Shown here: positions 23,929 to 35,821 of the stretch, piece by piece
How positions within the stretch are numbered: the stretch's first letter is position 1
Layout of the letters: every line of letters begins with the position of its first letter
Origin: Neoconidiobolus thromboides FSU 785
Lineage: Eukaryota > Fungi > Entomophthoromycota
NCBI GenBank assembly: GCA_025603075.1
Contig: MU626386.1
Coordinates: forward strand, 1 to 59,265
Direction: 5' to 3'
Length of the DNA: 59,265 bases
Notes under the pieces: model-generated
Databases searched by the model: none
What the model was told of the DNA's origin: nothing
Seen by the model: the letters and a program-made list of their open reading frames with translations, nothing else
Translations under genes and position numbers: made by a program

Positions 23929-24028
23929 TGGGGATGTATTTTTTAATTTCATTATTTTTCCGTTTTTCAAACGCTATTTGAGTGGAAAGATTGTTAGTAA
24001 AATCCTTAGACAAAAAAATACATCCCCA
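23929..24028 (-). mobile_element. MITE copy 8 (reverse orientation, perfect 16-bp TIRs)
   Basis: TA|TGGGGATGTATTTTTT...AAAAAATACATCCCCA|TA; internal sequence is the reverse complement of the family core. Confidence 0.92.
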
Positions 24029-25453
24029 TATTATATTAATACCCTGTATGATGACTTTTATAAATTTTATTTTGATAAAGTTATATTTAAATAAAAATTG
24101 ATAGCTTTTGTATAAAAATACAGCCCCATAAATTCTAAATTTTGTATAGGTAAATTTAAAACTCGATTAAAACTAAAAGTAAAATTTTCCAATCTACTTT
24201 TTATATATATTTTCTATTATAGCATAAAATTCAAAAAACTATTGAGTAAAACTGAACAAAAAAAGTTCCAACAGGTTATTAAAATTAAACAAAATAGTAA
24301 ATTAGACAAAATTTGAACCAAGCTTTTAAGTTAACCTATATAACAATTTTTTAACATTTGATGCTTTGCAATAGTTTAATTATAGTACATTTAGTTTAAT
24401 AGCTCAAAATAATCCATTTTAGAAATGCTTACAAAATTTAAAGATAGTATAAAGCGCTTTTCATTATATATCTAGCTTTGTTATAGAACCCAGCTAAATT
24501 CAAAAGCGTTATTTTTGAATTTAGTTAGGTTCCATAATAATCTTAATATATTTGTCGATATTTATTCAGTATAGCATTAAAGTAGTTTAACATTTGAAGC
24601 TCATTATACTATGGGGACTACTTTTTTTAAATATCAAGTTAGTTTAGAAAAACAAAGAGCTTATAAAAATGACTTTATAATATACATTCTACCATTAGCA
24701 GTAAAAAGTGATATATTATTAATAATATCTTTAATTCACAAAAATATTACAACGCATATATATGTATATATTAAATGAAATGTAATACTAAAAAGTAAAG
24801 TCCTAAACCATTAATTTGCACATATTAAAACCGGATTAAATAAATATAGGAGGGTGAGTTACTATTAATAGCAGTCGAAAAAGTTTTTAGTTACACAAGT
24901 ACATAAATACACAAATAAAGTGATTAGTAGCCTTGGTACTAAAATGATCTAATTCAAAAGTGGGCACAATTGAAATATAGATCTATATGTACTTCAATGT
25001 GACCTTATATTACTTTAATCGGTGATAAATCATAAAGTCGAAAGTTACCAATTTGTAAGTGCATCAAGTTAACAAATTTAGTTTAAAGTATAAATGCTAA
25101 TTATTAATTTTAATGTTACAAACAATTAAACTTCAACTTTGTTTTCTTTTTTAATCTTATTAATCTTATTAATCTTATTACCTTGACAATAACACAATGG
25201 GGAGGTAAGGTAAACATAAAACATAGAGCACAAATAAAAGTGGGGAACAATAGATGTATCTTTTTATTATGTTATAACTTGGCTGATTTAAAAAAAAAGG
25301 GAAATGGAAAAAGAGGATAAAAAAAATCAAAAAAAAGTATACTTTTAAATTTTGACCAAATTAGAATAATAAAATAATCAATATTTATGAATCCCAAGTT
25401 GATTAATTATAAACTGAAAATTTGAATTATTAACAATGCCGCTGAACTCATTT

Positions 25454-26545
25454 CTACTCTGACTCAATAGCTTTAGCTTTAGCCTTGGCCTTGGTTTTAG
25501 ATGCAATTAGTTCATATCGATACCAAGACTTATGTGGTGTGATCACTGGAATATGGTTTAAAAAGTAGTATCTTAATATTAACAGATATGCTAGTTTACG
25601 TTCTATTATTGAACAATGTTTCAAGTTTAAACTTTCATTAGGTGTTAAGCCCAATCCTAATTGCATAGCTGCGTTCAATACTACATTACATATACTATTT
25701 GGTATTAAACTTAAATTCAAGTATTTACTTATCAATATTGCTTGTATGGTATCGATACTATTTAACTGTTGGATATTTATCATTTTATATATAGATTGTT
25801 GATACTCTTCAATTAACACATTGACAAGTTGTTTGTTCTTCTTATTCTTGTTATTTATCAATTTTAGTCCAGATATATAAATCATAGCCATTAACAAATT
25901 GCTGCGTTTTTTGTTAAAAAATTGGTTCTTAATAAACAACGGTAACTTAATATTGACTATATTAAAATAAACCTGGATTGAAGATGCTATTATGGATATA
26001 TGCTCATCTGTATCTATTATCGATTCAATTCCTTTTAATATTGGAATCGGTCTGTATTCCTCTTTTATTACTGGCCTATCCAGTAACTCATGTTTTATCA
26101 TTCCGGTATGCCTTTTTTTTATACTCATACTATACCAAATTAGTTAGTAAACATAATTTAAAAATCAAAGTAAAAATTACCTATTGGTAATAACACTTAA
26201 ACTATTTTTGTTACTCTTGTTATTCTTGTCACTTTTAGTATTACTCTTAGCATTAATTATAATGTTATTTCCATCCGAACTTTCATTTTTGGTTTTCAGG
26301 GCTAATAGTTCTTTTTTTGATCTTCTTTTGCGAGTGGGTTGATTTGGTAGCCTCCCTAAAGGTAAAATGGCAACTCTATTTGAATACAATTGCTTGGTTT
26401 GCTTTAATACTCTTAAATATGTACATGATAACCCTTTGTCTTGACACTGTTGACACTGTGGTATTTCTCTGTCACATTTTATCCTCTTATTGTGGCATTG
26501 ATCACATACCTGTAAACTATAGTCTCCCTCTTTTAAAGTATTCAT
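25454..26545 (-). CDS. Zn(II)2Cys6 fungal transcription factor, 2 exons (3' end uncertain)
   Basis: VCDQCHNKRIKCDREIPQCQQCQDKGLSCTY; intron 26130-26180 (GT..AG on minus strand) joins ORFs 26177 and 25454 in frame; YFNIVNIKLPLF middle-homology motif. Confidence 0.83.
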
Positions 26546-29500
26546 TCTTTTCTAATTTATGAAAACAAAAGAAAAAAATAAGGAATGTCTTTTTTTTATA
26601 TTTTAACTTTGGTTACAGTGACTAGTAATAAACCAGTTGATTTCTTAACTTATTATTAAATTAAATTTCGCTTTCAATTGGATAATAAGCTGATGATAAA
26701 ATAATATTTTATTTCTATCTATTTGATTATAAATTATTCACTAATTCTTATAATTTAAGTTGAAATCAATCAAATAATACTATTGCTCGAGTTTCTTTTT
26801 TTCCCTTTCTTAATTAGTTGGCAAAATTGAGAAGCTTTACTTTTTTTAGCTTTCTATTTCTTACTGACTTCTTTTTATAATGAATTTTCATTCATATACT
26901 TTTATTGAAATAATACGGCAAAAATCTAGTCCTACATAATGAGTCCATATTCTTGTTTTATAACATTACATGGTAATTCTTCAATGATTTCGCTTAATAT
27001 ACTTTAGTTTTAATAAAAGCAATTAAGCAAAACTAGTAATAAAGGAAGGTTATTACTATTTCAATTGATTTAGAGTATTATTACCACTATCACACTTGCA
27101 CCATTAAACTATAGGATAGTTTAATTTAAATATTTAACATTTATTATTTTTAGACTATCATAAACAAGTCAACTAAAATTTAAAATGATAATAATTTATA
27201 ACTAACTTTATTAAGATCATTTCTGTCATAAATGTGGAAGCCAAGTATTAGTTCTAATACTAGTTTTAACGTTAGTCTTAATATATTATAAGTGACAGTC
27301 ATTTATATCAATAAAATAGTATGTTTACCAGTAATTTTAAAAGAGCTTATTACTTTTCTAGACAAATGTATTTTTAACTTGATAATTTATTAAAAATAAC
27401 TATGAATATTATATCATTAATTGAACATTATCTAGTATGTCCATTATATAAAATTATATTATTACAAATATTGTCTAGTATGCCCAGTATATAAAATTAT
27501 ACTGTTGATTTTTTTCAATGCAATAGCTAAAGAACTGTTTACCACTAAGAAATTTTACACCACTCAGGCGCAAATTTAACTACATTATGCCTTAATTACT
27601 ATGGCAGTACTTTTGTAAAAACGAGCTAAACCTAAAATTAGCCCCCATTTCTACTAAAAATGGAATAGAGGCAAGGATTTGCCTCTATTTTTAAAGATAT
27701 TTTCCACCACTTACTGTTTATTATTTTTTGTTTCGGGAGTATTTAAATTAAATATCAACATCATACACCGTTTTTTAAAAATCAAATTAAAAATGGTGTT
27801 TTTATTTTTATTAAACAGACGGATTTGTACTCTTAAAGAATGACGAAAAATAAATATTTTAAAATATTGTGATTAAATGTGGAGATTATCCATTGTCTAA
27901 TAATATTGCTCACTTGATTCTTTCATAATTCTTTAGTGCCATCCAAATCAAGCAGTTTTTTATATTTTCTAGGCAGGATGCCGATAACCTTATTCTTGAT
28001 TATCTATCATAATTTTTTACTATACTCTCTCCTTACAAAATTTTTAAAGTAAAATAATACCCAGGATATAATAAGCATCCCACATTTAATTAAAAATTAT
28101 TCTTTATGCTATATACATTAACAAATAAATAAAATGTTGTTTCCATTTAAATAAATAAACAGCTTAACTTGATTAATTATGGTAAAATAATTAAAATTTA
28201 ATATATAACAGCAGAGTTATGGTATAATAATTTTAAAAGTTTGATAAGGCATTACAAAAAACAAACGTGAAAAATGGGCCTACAATGTGTATATTTAAAA
28301 TAGGAGTAGTATAATCACATAGACAAGCCGTGTTCGCAAATTCCGGAATAACGGAACTTATCACCACCTTAAATCTAAGTTCTTAAAAGTAGTTTATTTT
28401 TCAAGACCCAATAGTTTTTAATTTATAAGTCAATTTGTAACATACAGTATGAAGCTATACTGCTACAGCATTATGTTAGCAATTAAATCACAATGCTATT
28501 TACAAATCGATTATATTATAAACTCTTTAATAAGACGATAAAAAATGTTTCATGACCATCGTGAATCGTATGTTCCACCATACCTACACGTTATCTTTTT
28601 ATTATTCTATCACTAAAATAAATATTAATGGTGGTACAATTTAATTAATTATAAATGTAACAATTTTCCGCCCTTCATCATCATAGAATAAAATATTATC
28701 TTATCATTAGCCAATAAAAAAGGTTCTTTAAAAATAAGGATATTTATGGATAGATGAAAACTTTATTTTTATTAACATGTGATTTTATTTAAAGTTTGGC
28801 AAAACTTTTGCCACTTTTGTTTGGAGATAAATTTCCAAATAGTAATAAAATGTATCTTAAATGATCGATAAAGATGAGGGATTTAAGTAATAGTCTTATA
28901 ATACATATCAATTTATGATTATCTTTTTACTAGGAAATTTCATGCTTGATTCATTGACTTTTTTTATGTTCCTATTTATCCTACTATTGACCTCTTTTTC
29001 CTCTCTATTTTATTCCTTACAGCTGTTACAACTCTATTGTGACTTAAGCTACTGTGATTTTTACAAACAGCTATTTGTTATTAGATTTCCTTGGTATAAA
29101 TCTTTAAATTTGGTCTGAACTTAGACAATTCTATTCTTAAATGAACGGTTTATTAGGTCGCAATAGAGTTGGAGTAGCTGTATTTTATTGAATTTAAAAG
29201 ACTCACATTGTTTTTGTTAGAAATTACAACACTAAAGCCAAAATATTTTAGCTAGAATGACTAATAAGTACTTCTAAACAGTCTATACCCTAAAGAAAGT
29301 ATTAGCTTACATGCATATAGTTTTAGAAGAGACTATTTAATGTTAGTCTGCTGCATTCACTCAATGTTTAACCCTGGTGCCCTTACGCTTCTTCTCATTT
29401 ATGGTGATTTTCGGATAATCTTAACTAAAGAATAAAATACCTTACAGTAAGCCGAAGACCAAAATGGAATGTTTAACTAATAATGCGAGCAAAATGTAAA

Positions 29501-30422
29501 CTAGATATAGATAGTAAAATGCTAAATATATAAAAAAATTAAATTTAATCTGACTTAATATAACAATATCCAAATTTAATTAACTAATATATTTTAAACA
29601 ATTTATAGTTAATTTTAACGACTTTTATTTGTTTGTAGAAGGGGATTACTACTTTTGTCAATTTTTGTTCTAATATTTAGTGCAATAATTTTGCAATTAA
29701 AGATTTGAGAAATTTAATTTAATTTTTCAATAGTAAACTAATGCCATTAAAGACTTGCAGTATTTAAAAATATAAAGGGTATTAAATAGAGCTTGAAAAT
29801 AAATGAGCTTAATAGTATCCGAATTTTATTCACAGTTTTACTTGAGCTAATAGTTGAAATAATACTATTTTAATTATATCATGTAAAAGCCATTTTAAAT
29901 AATTTGATCCCTAAGCCTTTGAGAATTTTGACTATAGGTTAACGTTTGATCTAACCCAATGAAAATAAAACAATATGTACTTGGGAAATTTTTAATTGAA
30001 AATTAGCTCAATTTGCTTCCATAACAATTTTTGCATTTTGTCAGACAATGGTGTTTTTGATTTATAAAAGTACTTTAGGACAAAATATACAATTTAAAGA
30101 ATCTACTTTTATTAACAAAAATTCCTTTTGCAAAAAAAATTGGGACTATTTTTTAAATGCCCATTGTAGAATAAAAGTTCCCATCTAAAATAGTTAAGTT
30201 ATTATCAAATATACTACATTCTAACATACCTACACTCATTTAGATTTATTGCAAAAGTTAATAAAATTTAAATATCATAAGTTTAACAATTCAATGAAAA
30301 ATCTTAATTTGCAGATGAAATTATTTAATTTTATTTATTAATCACAAAAACTATTATCATTAATTACAGCCAGGTAAAAAAAAGATAAAAAAGACTAGAA
30401 ATTAAAAATACAACGGAATAGA

Positions 30423-31436
30423 TTAAACGATATAACTATAAGTAGATTTAAACGACTCTGCTGCTTTGAAATAACCTCGATTTTTCGATTCATCAACAAC
30501 CCAAGTTAATGGGGGTAAATATTTCCATTCATTTCCTTGTTTATACCATATATCCCCTTTAAAATCTTCCCTTTTAAAAGCAGCTACACTAGGTTGTGGG
30601 CATGCAGAAGTTTCAGTAGTAGCAGAAGACGTGGTAGTAGAGGATGTAGTATCAGAAGTAGAAGTAGATGCTGAGCTAGTAGCGGTAGGAGTGACATCAG
30701 TAACAGAAATAGTAGAAGCAGAAGGAGATGGAGTGACGATAGTGACAGAAGTGGTAGAGCTAGTAGGAGTATTAGAGGTAGAAGACGAAGGATTAGGAGT
30801 TGAAGTTGAAGTTGAAGTTGGAGTTGGAGCATTACTATTAGACTCACTAGAAGCTTGAGTTGGGTAAGCTGGGATCTCGTCATAAGTTGGATATTTGAAA
30901 TTTTTATTAGCTTCTTTATCCTCATCATGACCAAACCAAATGGTAGTATAGCCACCTTTATGTCCTACACCACAAGCATTCCATTCTTTTTTCCAATCGC
31001 CCTCATTTAAAATCACTACACGATGACCCTTTGAATTCAAAAATCCATCAATTACAGATTTTGGGCCAATACCATAACCTTTACCAAAATAAGCTACTTC
31101 ATAACCGTTGGATTGATAGTTACTAAATTGTTTTGGCTTTTCCCACATACATTTAGCTTGTCCATGGTCTTCAGTGTAACAACAATTGGTATCACCAGTA
31201 GTATACCAGGAATGCATATTACAATATTTTTGTTTTATGTTATGGTGGCTATTTAAATCTTCAGCATGGAGTTGTGCTACTTTTGCTAAATTTGGACTAT
31301 ACTTAACTTCTTTTCCGCCTCTTGCTTTTACTAGTAACTTATAAACTTCTGATGAAAATTCTAACTCTTCCTTAGTTGCAGCACCGCTCACAACAAGTTG
31401 AAAGATAACCAATATTAAAACAAACAAATGTAGCAT
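30423..31436 (-). CDS. Secreted CAP/SCP-domain protein 2 with Ser/Thr linker and small aromatic C-terminal domain
   Basis: Signal peptide; LAKVAQLHAEDL, CNMHSW...CCYTEDH...CMWEKP, GYEVA, FLNSKGHRVVIL; paralog of 7922-8893. Confidence 0.85.
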   Translation of the reverse strand: MLHLFVLILVIFQLVVSGAATKEELEFSSEVYKLLVKARGGKEVKYSPNLAKVAQLHAEDLNSHHNIKQKYCNMHSWYTTGDTNCCYTEDHGQAKCMWEKPKQFSNYQSNGYEVAYFGKGYGIGPKSVIDGFLNSKGHRVVILNEGDWKKEWNACGVGHKGGYTTIWFGHDEDKEANKNFKYPTYDEIPAYPTQASSESNSNAPTPTSTSTSTPNPSSSTSNTPTSSTTSVTIVTPSPSASTISVTDVTPTATSSASTSTSDTTSSTTTSSATTETSACPQPSVAAFKREDFKGDIWYKQGNEWKYLPPLTWVVDESKNRGYFKAAESFKSTYSYIV

Positions 31437-32664
31437 TTTGAATTGGATAACTTATCTAAAGCTTTCTAATTTCATTAAACTTTCTTTTCTAATTCTCTTT
31501 TTATATAGTTTTTATTGAAAGTTACCAACCCTCATTAATTGCCTCGAGTAACTTTGATTTCATTAATCTCTGCTATTTACTCGTATCCGCTGTTTTGGTT
31601 TATTTCACTTATTTAGTCTGATTTACTTTAGTTGATATTTTCAAAAATTAAAAACGAGTTCACTATTAAGTTATTACTTATAGTAAACTGTTTTCATAAA
31701 AATACATGATACACTTTCGCTTTACTTTTTTAAAAACCCTTGTTAACAGTTAATATTATTTATTTAACGAAGTCCCTGGTCTATTTTACATTTTAATTTT
31801 ATCTTATCTTAGTTACCTATATTTTTATTCTAATGATCACCCTATTCTCGACTATTTACTTGGCTTCTTGTGTAATAAAAACAGCTCATCAATTATAACT
31901 TTGAACTTAAAAAGCAATAAAAAGTATATATTCAAGCTACTATTAAATTAATTGTGCTCAAAAGTTTATTATAATAAAGTTAAAACTATTTATTATGCTT
32001 CTTATGCTGGCACCACTTAACAATTATTAATTAAAACATGTTGCTAATTTTTTGAATTGATGGTATATATTAAAAAATAGTAAACAAGTTAAAATTAAAA
32101 TATGCTAAATAAAAAAATAATTAAAAAAGATGGATTTTTCAATACAAAAATGTCATTAATTTTTACATTTAACAAAATCTATAAAGAATTCTTATTTTTT
32201 TTTCTATAAGGTAACTGCTTGAAAATAATTGTTTTTTTGAATTCCTTTTATTTTTTTCAAAACTTTAAACTTTTATAATTTAAAACCAAAATATTTATAT
32301 TAACTACAACTAAAAAAACTAATGTTTTTCAATTATTTAACTTTGATTATTCTATTATTTATCCATTATATTAGAACTATAATATTCTTAACTTTAAAAA
32401 TTAATAGTCTTATAAACATAATTTATATATAACGGATTTTTAGACAATGATTAATATAATCTTTTTTTATAAAGCTAACTTTCAGAATCTCACAAAAAAC
32501 CTAGTACGTTATTTAGTTTCATTTTTATGTCAATTAAAAAAGGTGGGCATTATAGAATTATTTATTAAAAGCACAATGTCATTTTACACATATAACATAT
32601 ATCAATTAATATGATTTTAAAATTATATATTTTTTATTCGACAAATATCTAATAAGCCTTGAAT

Positions 32665-32737
32665 GGGGAACTAGCTCAGATGGTAGAGCGCTCGCTTAGC
32701 ATGCGAGAGGCACCGGGATCGATGCCCGGGTTCTCCA
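32665..32737 (+). tRNA. tRNA-Ala (anticodon AGC), intronless, 73 nt
   Basis: Full cloverleaf: acceptor GGGGAAC/GTTCTCC with G3:U70 Ala identity pair, anticodon loop TTAGCAT, T-arm CCGGG-ATCGATG-CCCGG, discriminator A; T-run downstream. Confidence 0.97.
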
Positions 32738-33022
32738 TATAAAGTCTCTATTTATTGAAAATGAGAGATATTTTTATTTGATTACTAACTTTTTATATAT
32801 TATACCCTTTTGCAAGTTTTTTAATACTTAATTTTTATCTTTAGATTAAATTTTGAATGGGTTTTCTTAATTGAGCTGTTAATTAAGTCAACAAAGAAAT
32901 GGAATCAATGAGTTTTATTTGATTTTTTACAATGTCTAGAGTTCTATTAGAAATGGAAAAAGGTTTATCAATTGAGAATTTATCTTTTTATTTATTGAAT
33001 ATAGAAAAAATTGAGAGAGATA

Positions 33023-33115
33023 TGGGGATGTATCAGGAATTTCACCAACAATCTTTCCGCTTAAATAGTGCTTAAAAGATGGAAAAAGTAATTAAGCCAG
33101 AAAAAAACATCCTCG
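33023..33115 (+). mobile_element. MITE copy 9 (internal deletion near left end)
   Basis: TA|TGGGGATGTATCAGGAATTT...TTTCCGCTTAAATAGTGCTTAAAAGATGGAAAAAGTAATT...AAAAAAACATCCTCG|TA. Confidence 0.82.
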
Positions 33116-33440
33116 TATATTAATGTTATAAAATGAAGATTTTGAATATTTACTTTAATTAATTTTAAATGTTCTAATTAATTAAGTTTATAAATAAAAA
33201 TAAAAACCAGATTAATAATAAATTCATTCATTTAATTATTTTATAAATAAGTCAATAACATTAATTATAAAAATAGTATTCAATGAAGCTAATGAATTAA
33301 TTGATACTATAAAATAAAATAAAGTGAATAGAAATAGTTATCTTTCTTATAAATATTGTATTTAATACTAACTTTCTTTTAGAACTGGAATTTTAAAAGA
33401 AACCCTATTAATTGATTTACATTATTACAAAAATATCAAA

Positions 33441-34076
33441 ATGAAACTAATCTCATTAAGGGTCATTAGCATTATCTTGTTAACTTCATTGATTGAAGCG
33501 GACGATTTTTCCACTTCATTAATTGAAAAAATCAACACATTACGCATAGAGCATAGTCTTTCACCACTCACCACCTCTTCAAAACTAACTCAAACTGCAT
33601 CTGCCCACGTGAAAAACCTTAACCAAAACCCATCCATCCCCCCTGGTAGTTTAGATTGGGGAGGGGAGCTTTTATGTAGCGTATCAACTTCTTATAATTG
33701 TACATGGAATAAACCATTGGAATTAGCTAATTATGAGAACAAAGGTTATGAAATTACATTTGATGGGAGTTTGGGAGTGGAAGCATTATTTAATGAATGG
33801 AAAGAGGAAGTCAATCCGATTTTTAATTTCTTATTAAATAGAGAAGCTTATAGTGGAAATCAATGGAAAGTCATTGGAGTGGCTAAAGAAGAGAATTATG
33901 GTTCATTATGGATGGGGGAAATATCAGATGAAGAAAGTAACGTTGAGTTTAGGAAATTAAAGGAACACGGTTTAAATAAGAAAATAGACCAAAAATCAAA
34001 TTCACTAAAGGAGAATCAAAGAGAATCAAACTTAAAAAACCCAACAGTTATTGTACCAATTATTAAACAAACTTGA
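33441..34076 (+). CDS. Secreted CAP/SCP-domain protein 3, degenerate paralog
   Basis: Signal peptide; INTLRIEHSLSPL...KLTQTASAHVKNL, CTWNKP, GYEI, WKVIGVA, GSLWMG; lacks the S.xHR and CNxHSW histidines. Confidence 0.75.
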   Translation: MKLISLRVISIILLTSLIEADDFSTSLIEKINTLRIEHSLSPLTTSSKLTQTASAHVKNLNQNPSIPPGSLDWGGELLCSVSTSYNCTWNKPLELANYENKGYEITFDGSLGVEALFNEWKEEVNPIFNFLLNREAYSGNQWKVIGVAKEENYGSLWMGEISDEESNVEFRKLKEHGLNKKIDQKSNSLKENQRESNLKNPTVIVPIIKQT

Positions 34077-34152
34077 GCTTTTTAAAATAAAAATATAAAA
34101 ACAAAAGTAATTCTTTTTTTCTATTTATAAAAATTGATTTTTATTTCCCTTA

Positions 34153-35479
34153 TTAAAAAGCATTAAATGCTTCAAAGTTTGGCATTGTTGCTAATAAAGT
34201 AGATAATTGATTAGCTTTATCTTCTTCTTCTCTAGCTTCTTCTTCATCAAATCCATTTTCCTCTAACCATTTTTTAGGTAATGGTGCCAATTGAGGAACT
34301 TTAGTAACTTTACCTAATTTTTTGTCTAATAAAGCTTTTAAATCTAAAGTTCTACCCGATTTTTTAGTTTCATATTTCAATGATAATAATAATTCATCTA
34401 ATGTTTGTCCTTTAAATTTATCTAAGACTGGATTGGCCCCAATTCTTGGTGGTCTTACTGTTCTTGCTCCTGGGGAGCCACTACCGGGTGTAGCTACTTG
34501 AATTCTTCTTGGATATTCTGGATATTTATAACAATAATAAGGATGTTCTGTATCAAAAGTAGATTCTGCACTGGTTTTAAAGGGAGGTAACATATCTTTT
34601 CCATGAACTGTCTTACGATATTTCTTACCATCATATGGATCCGATTCGGGGAATTTTTGTTGCCATTGCCACCATATCATATCGATAAAGCAATGATGTA
34701 GAAAGAAAATGGGACTAAAATAAAAAATAATTTAATTAATAATTAATAATCAATAATTAATAATATTTAAACTAAAGTTAAACTTCATAAACTTACTCAT
34801 TAGGTGAATGCATAGGTGCAAAATCACCAGGATAAGCACCAATGCCATTATGAGGTCCCCCATGGTATAACTCTAATCTTCTAGAAAAAAATGAAAAGTT
34901 TTTTTCATTTAATAAAGCAACAAATTGTTCTGTAGTTGCAAATGATTTGATTTTATCTCCATTGTTATAACTTCTCTTTAAACAATGTGGATCTGGGAAA
35001 TTCAAATTGAAATTGGAAAAAGGACCATCCCCGATACACCATCCAATACTACTATTACCATTACCGCCCATGTATTTACTACTTAACACGGGTGATAAAT
35101 GAGGTTCATCTGAATCCAAAGTCCAATCCCAATAAGGTAAAATGATTCGTGGATCAATTTTTTGTAATGCTAATTCATATTCTCTTATAAACCGACGATG
35201 CCAAGGTAAAAAGGCAGGTCTAGAATGAGCATATGGTTTATTTTCAACATGAGTTTTACTAAATCGTTCATATTGGGATAGCCGGTCTTTCCAGGGTCGA
35301 CTGTGTAGCTTTTTTATTGCATTGATATATCGGAAATACTCTTCATTCGTTAATTCTCGAATTTCTTTACGTAGTTTTGGACTTCGACATTTGATACTTA
35401 ATTTTTGGGCTTCTGTCGTTAATAGATAGTATAAAGATACTAAAAAGAAGCCGAATATTTGATGACTTTTTAATAGCAT
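34153..35479 (-). CDS. Secreted tyrosinase (type-3 copper protein) A, 2 exons
   Basis: True ATG at 35479 (signal peptide MLLKSHQIFGFFLVSLYYLL); CuA H..AHSRPAFLPWHR; intron 34715-34796 restores SPNDPIFFLHHCFID after HGGPH (CuB). Confidence 0.92.
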
Positions 35480-35821
35480 TAAAGATATCAATAAATAAAA
35501 AAGAAAATAAAAATTGGTACAATAGTTAATAATCAATGATAATAAATTATTATCTTTCTTGATATCAATATTAGTAATCTTTAGATTGACGGATGATTTG
35601 GAAGTTGATCTTGAAAATTTTAAGAATATAAAATATTTTCCTAATTTAGTCAAAATTTATTAATCGTCAATGTCAATTAAACCTTTGAAATTTTCTTAAA
35701 AATAACTCAAAAGATCAACATTGAAGAATATTAAAATGAATAAACTCAGCTAGTTGATTACTTTTTTTTAAAAAAAAACAATCCCTACTATTACTTTGCT
35801 TCTATTAATATAATACAAGAA

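Noticed and set aside
24112-24695. Solo TIR-like motifs (AAAAATACAGCCCCATA near 24114; TATGGGGACTAC near 24610)
   Set aside because: Internal MITE core not recognisable, so not counted as copies
25330-25460. Possible frameshift extending the third Zn2Cys6 gene past its stop
   Set aside because: Only a short open alternative frame with no motif support; cannot be distinguished from a true stop
27872-28091. 11-bp inverted match ATTAAATGTGG / CCACATTTAAT about 200 bp apart as a second MITE family
   Set aside because: Short, AT-rich and single occurrence; insufficient support
28915-29118. 67-aa hydrophobic ORF
   Set aside because: T-rich sequence gives spurious Phe/Leu content; no splice or homology support
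35480-35653. 58-aa N-terminal extension of tyrosinase A in the ORF track
   Set aside because: Starts at TTG in AT-rich promoter DNA; the ATG at 35479 gives a proper signal peptide
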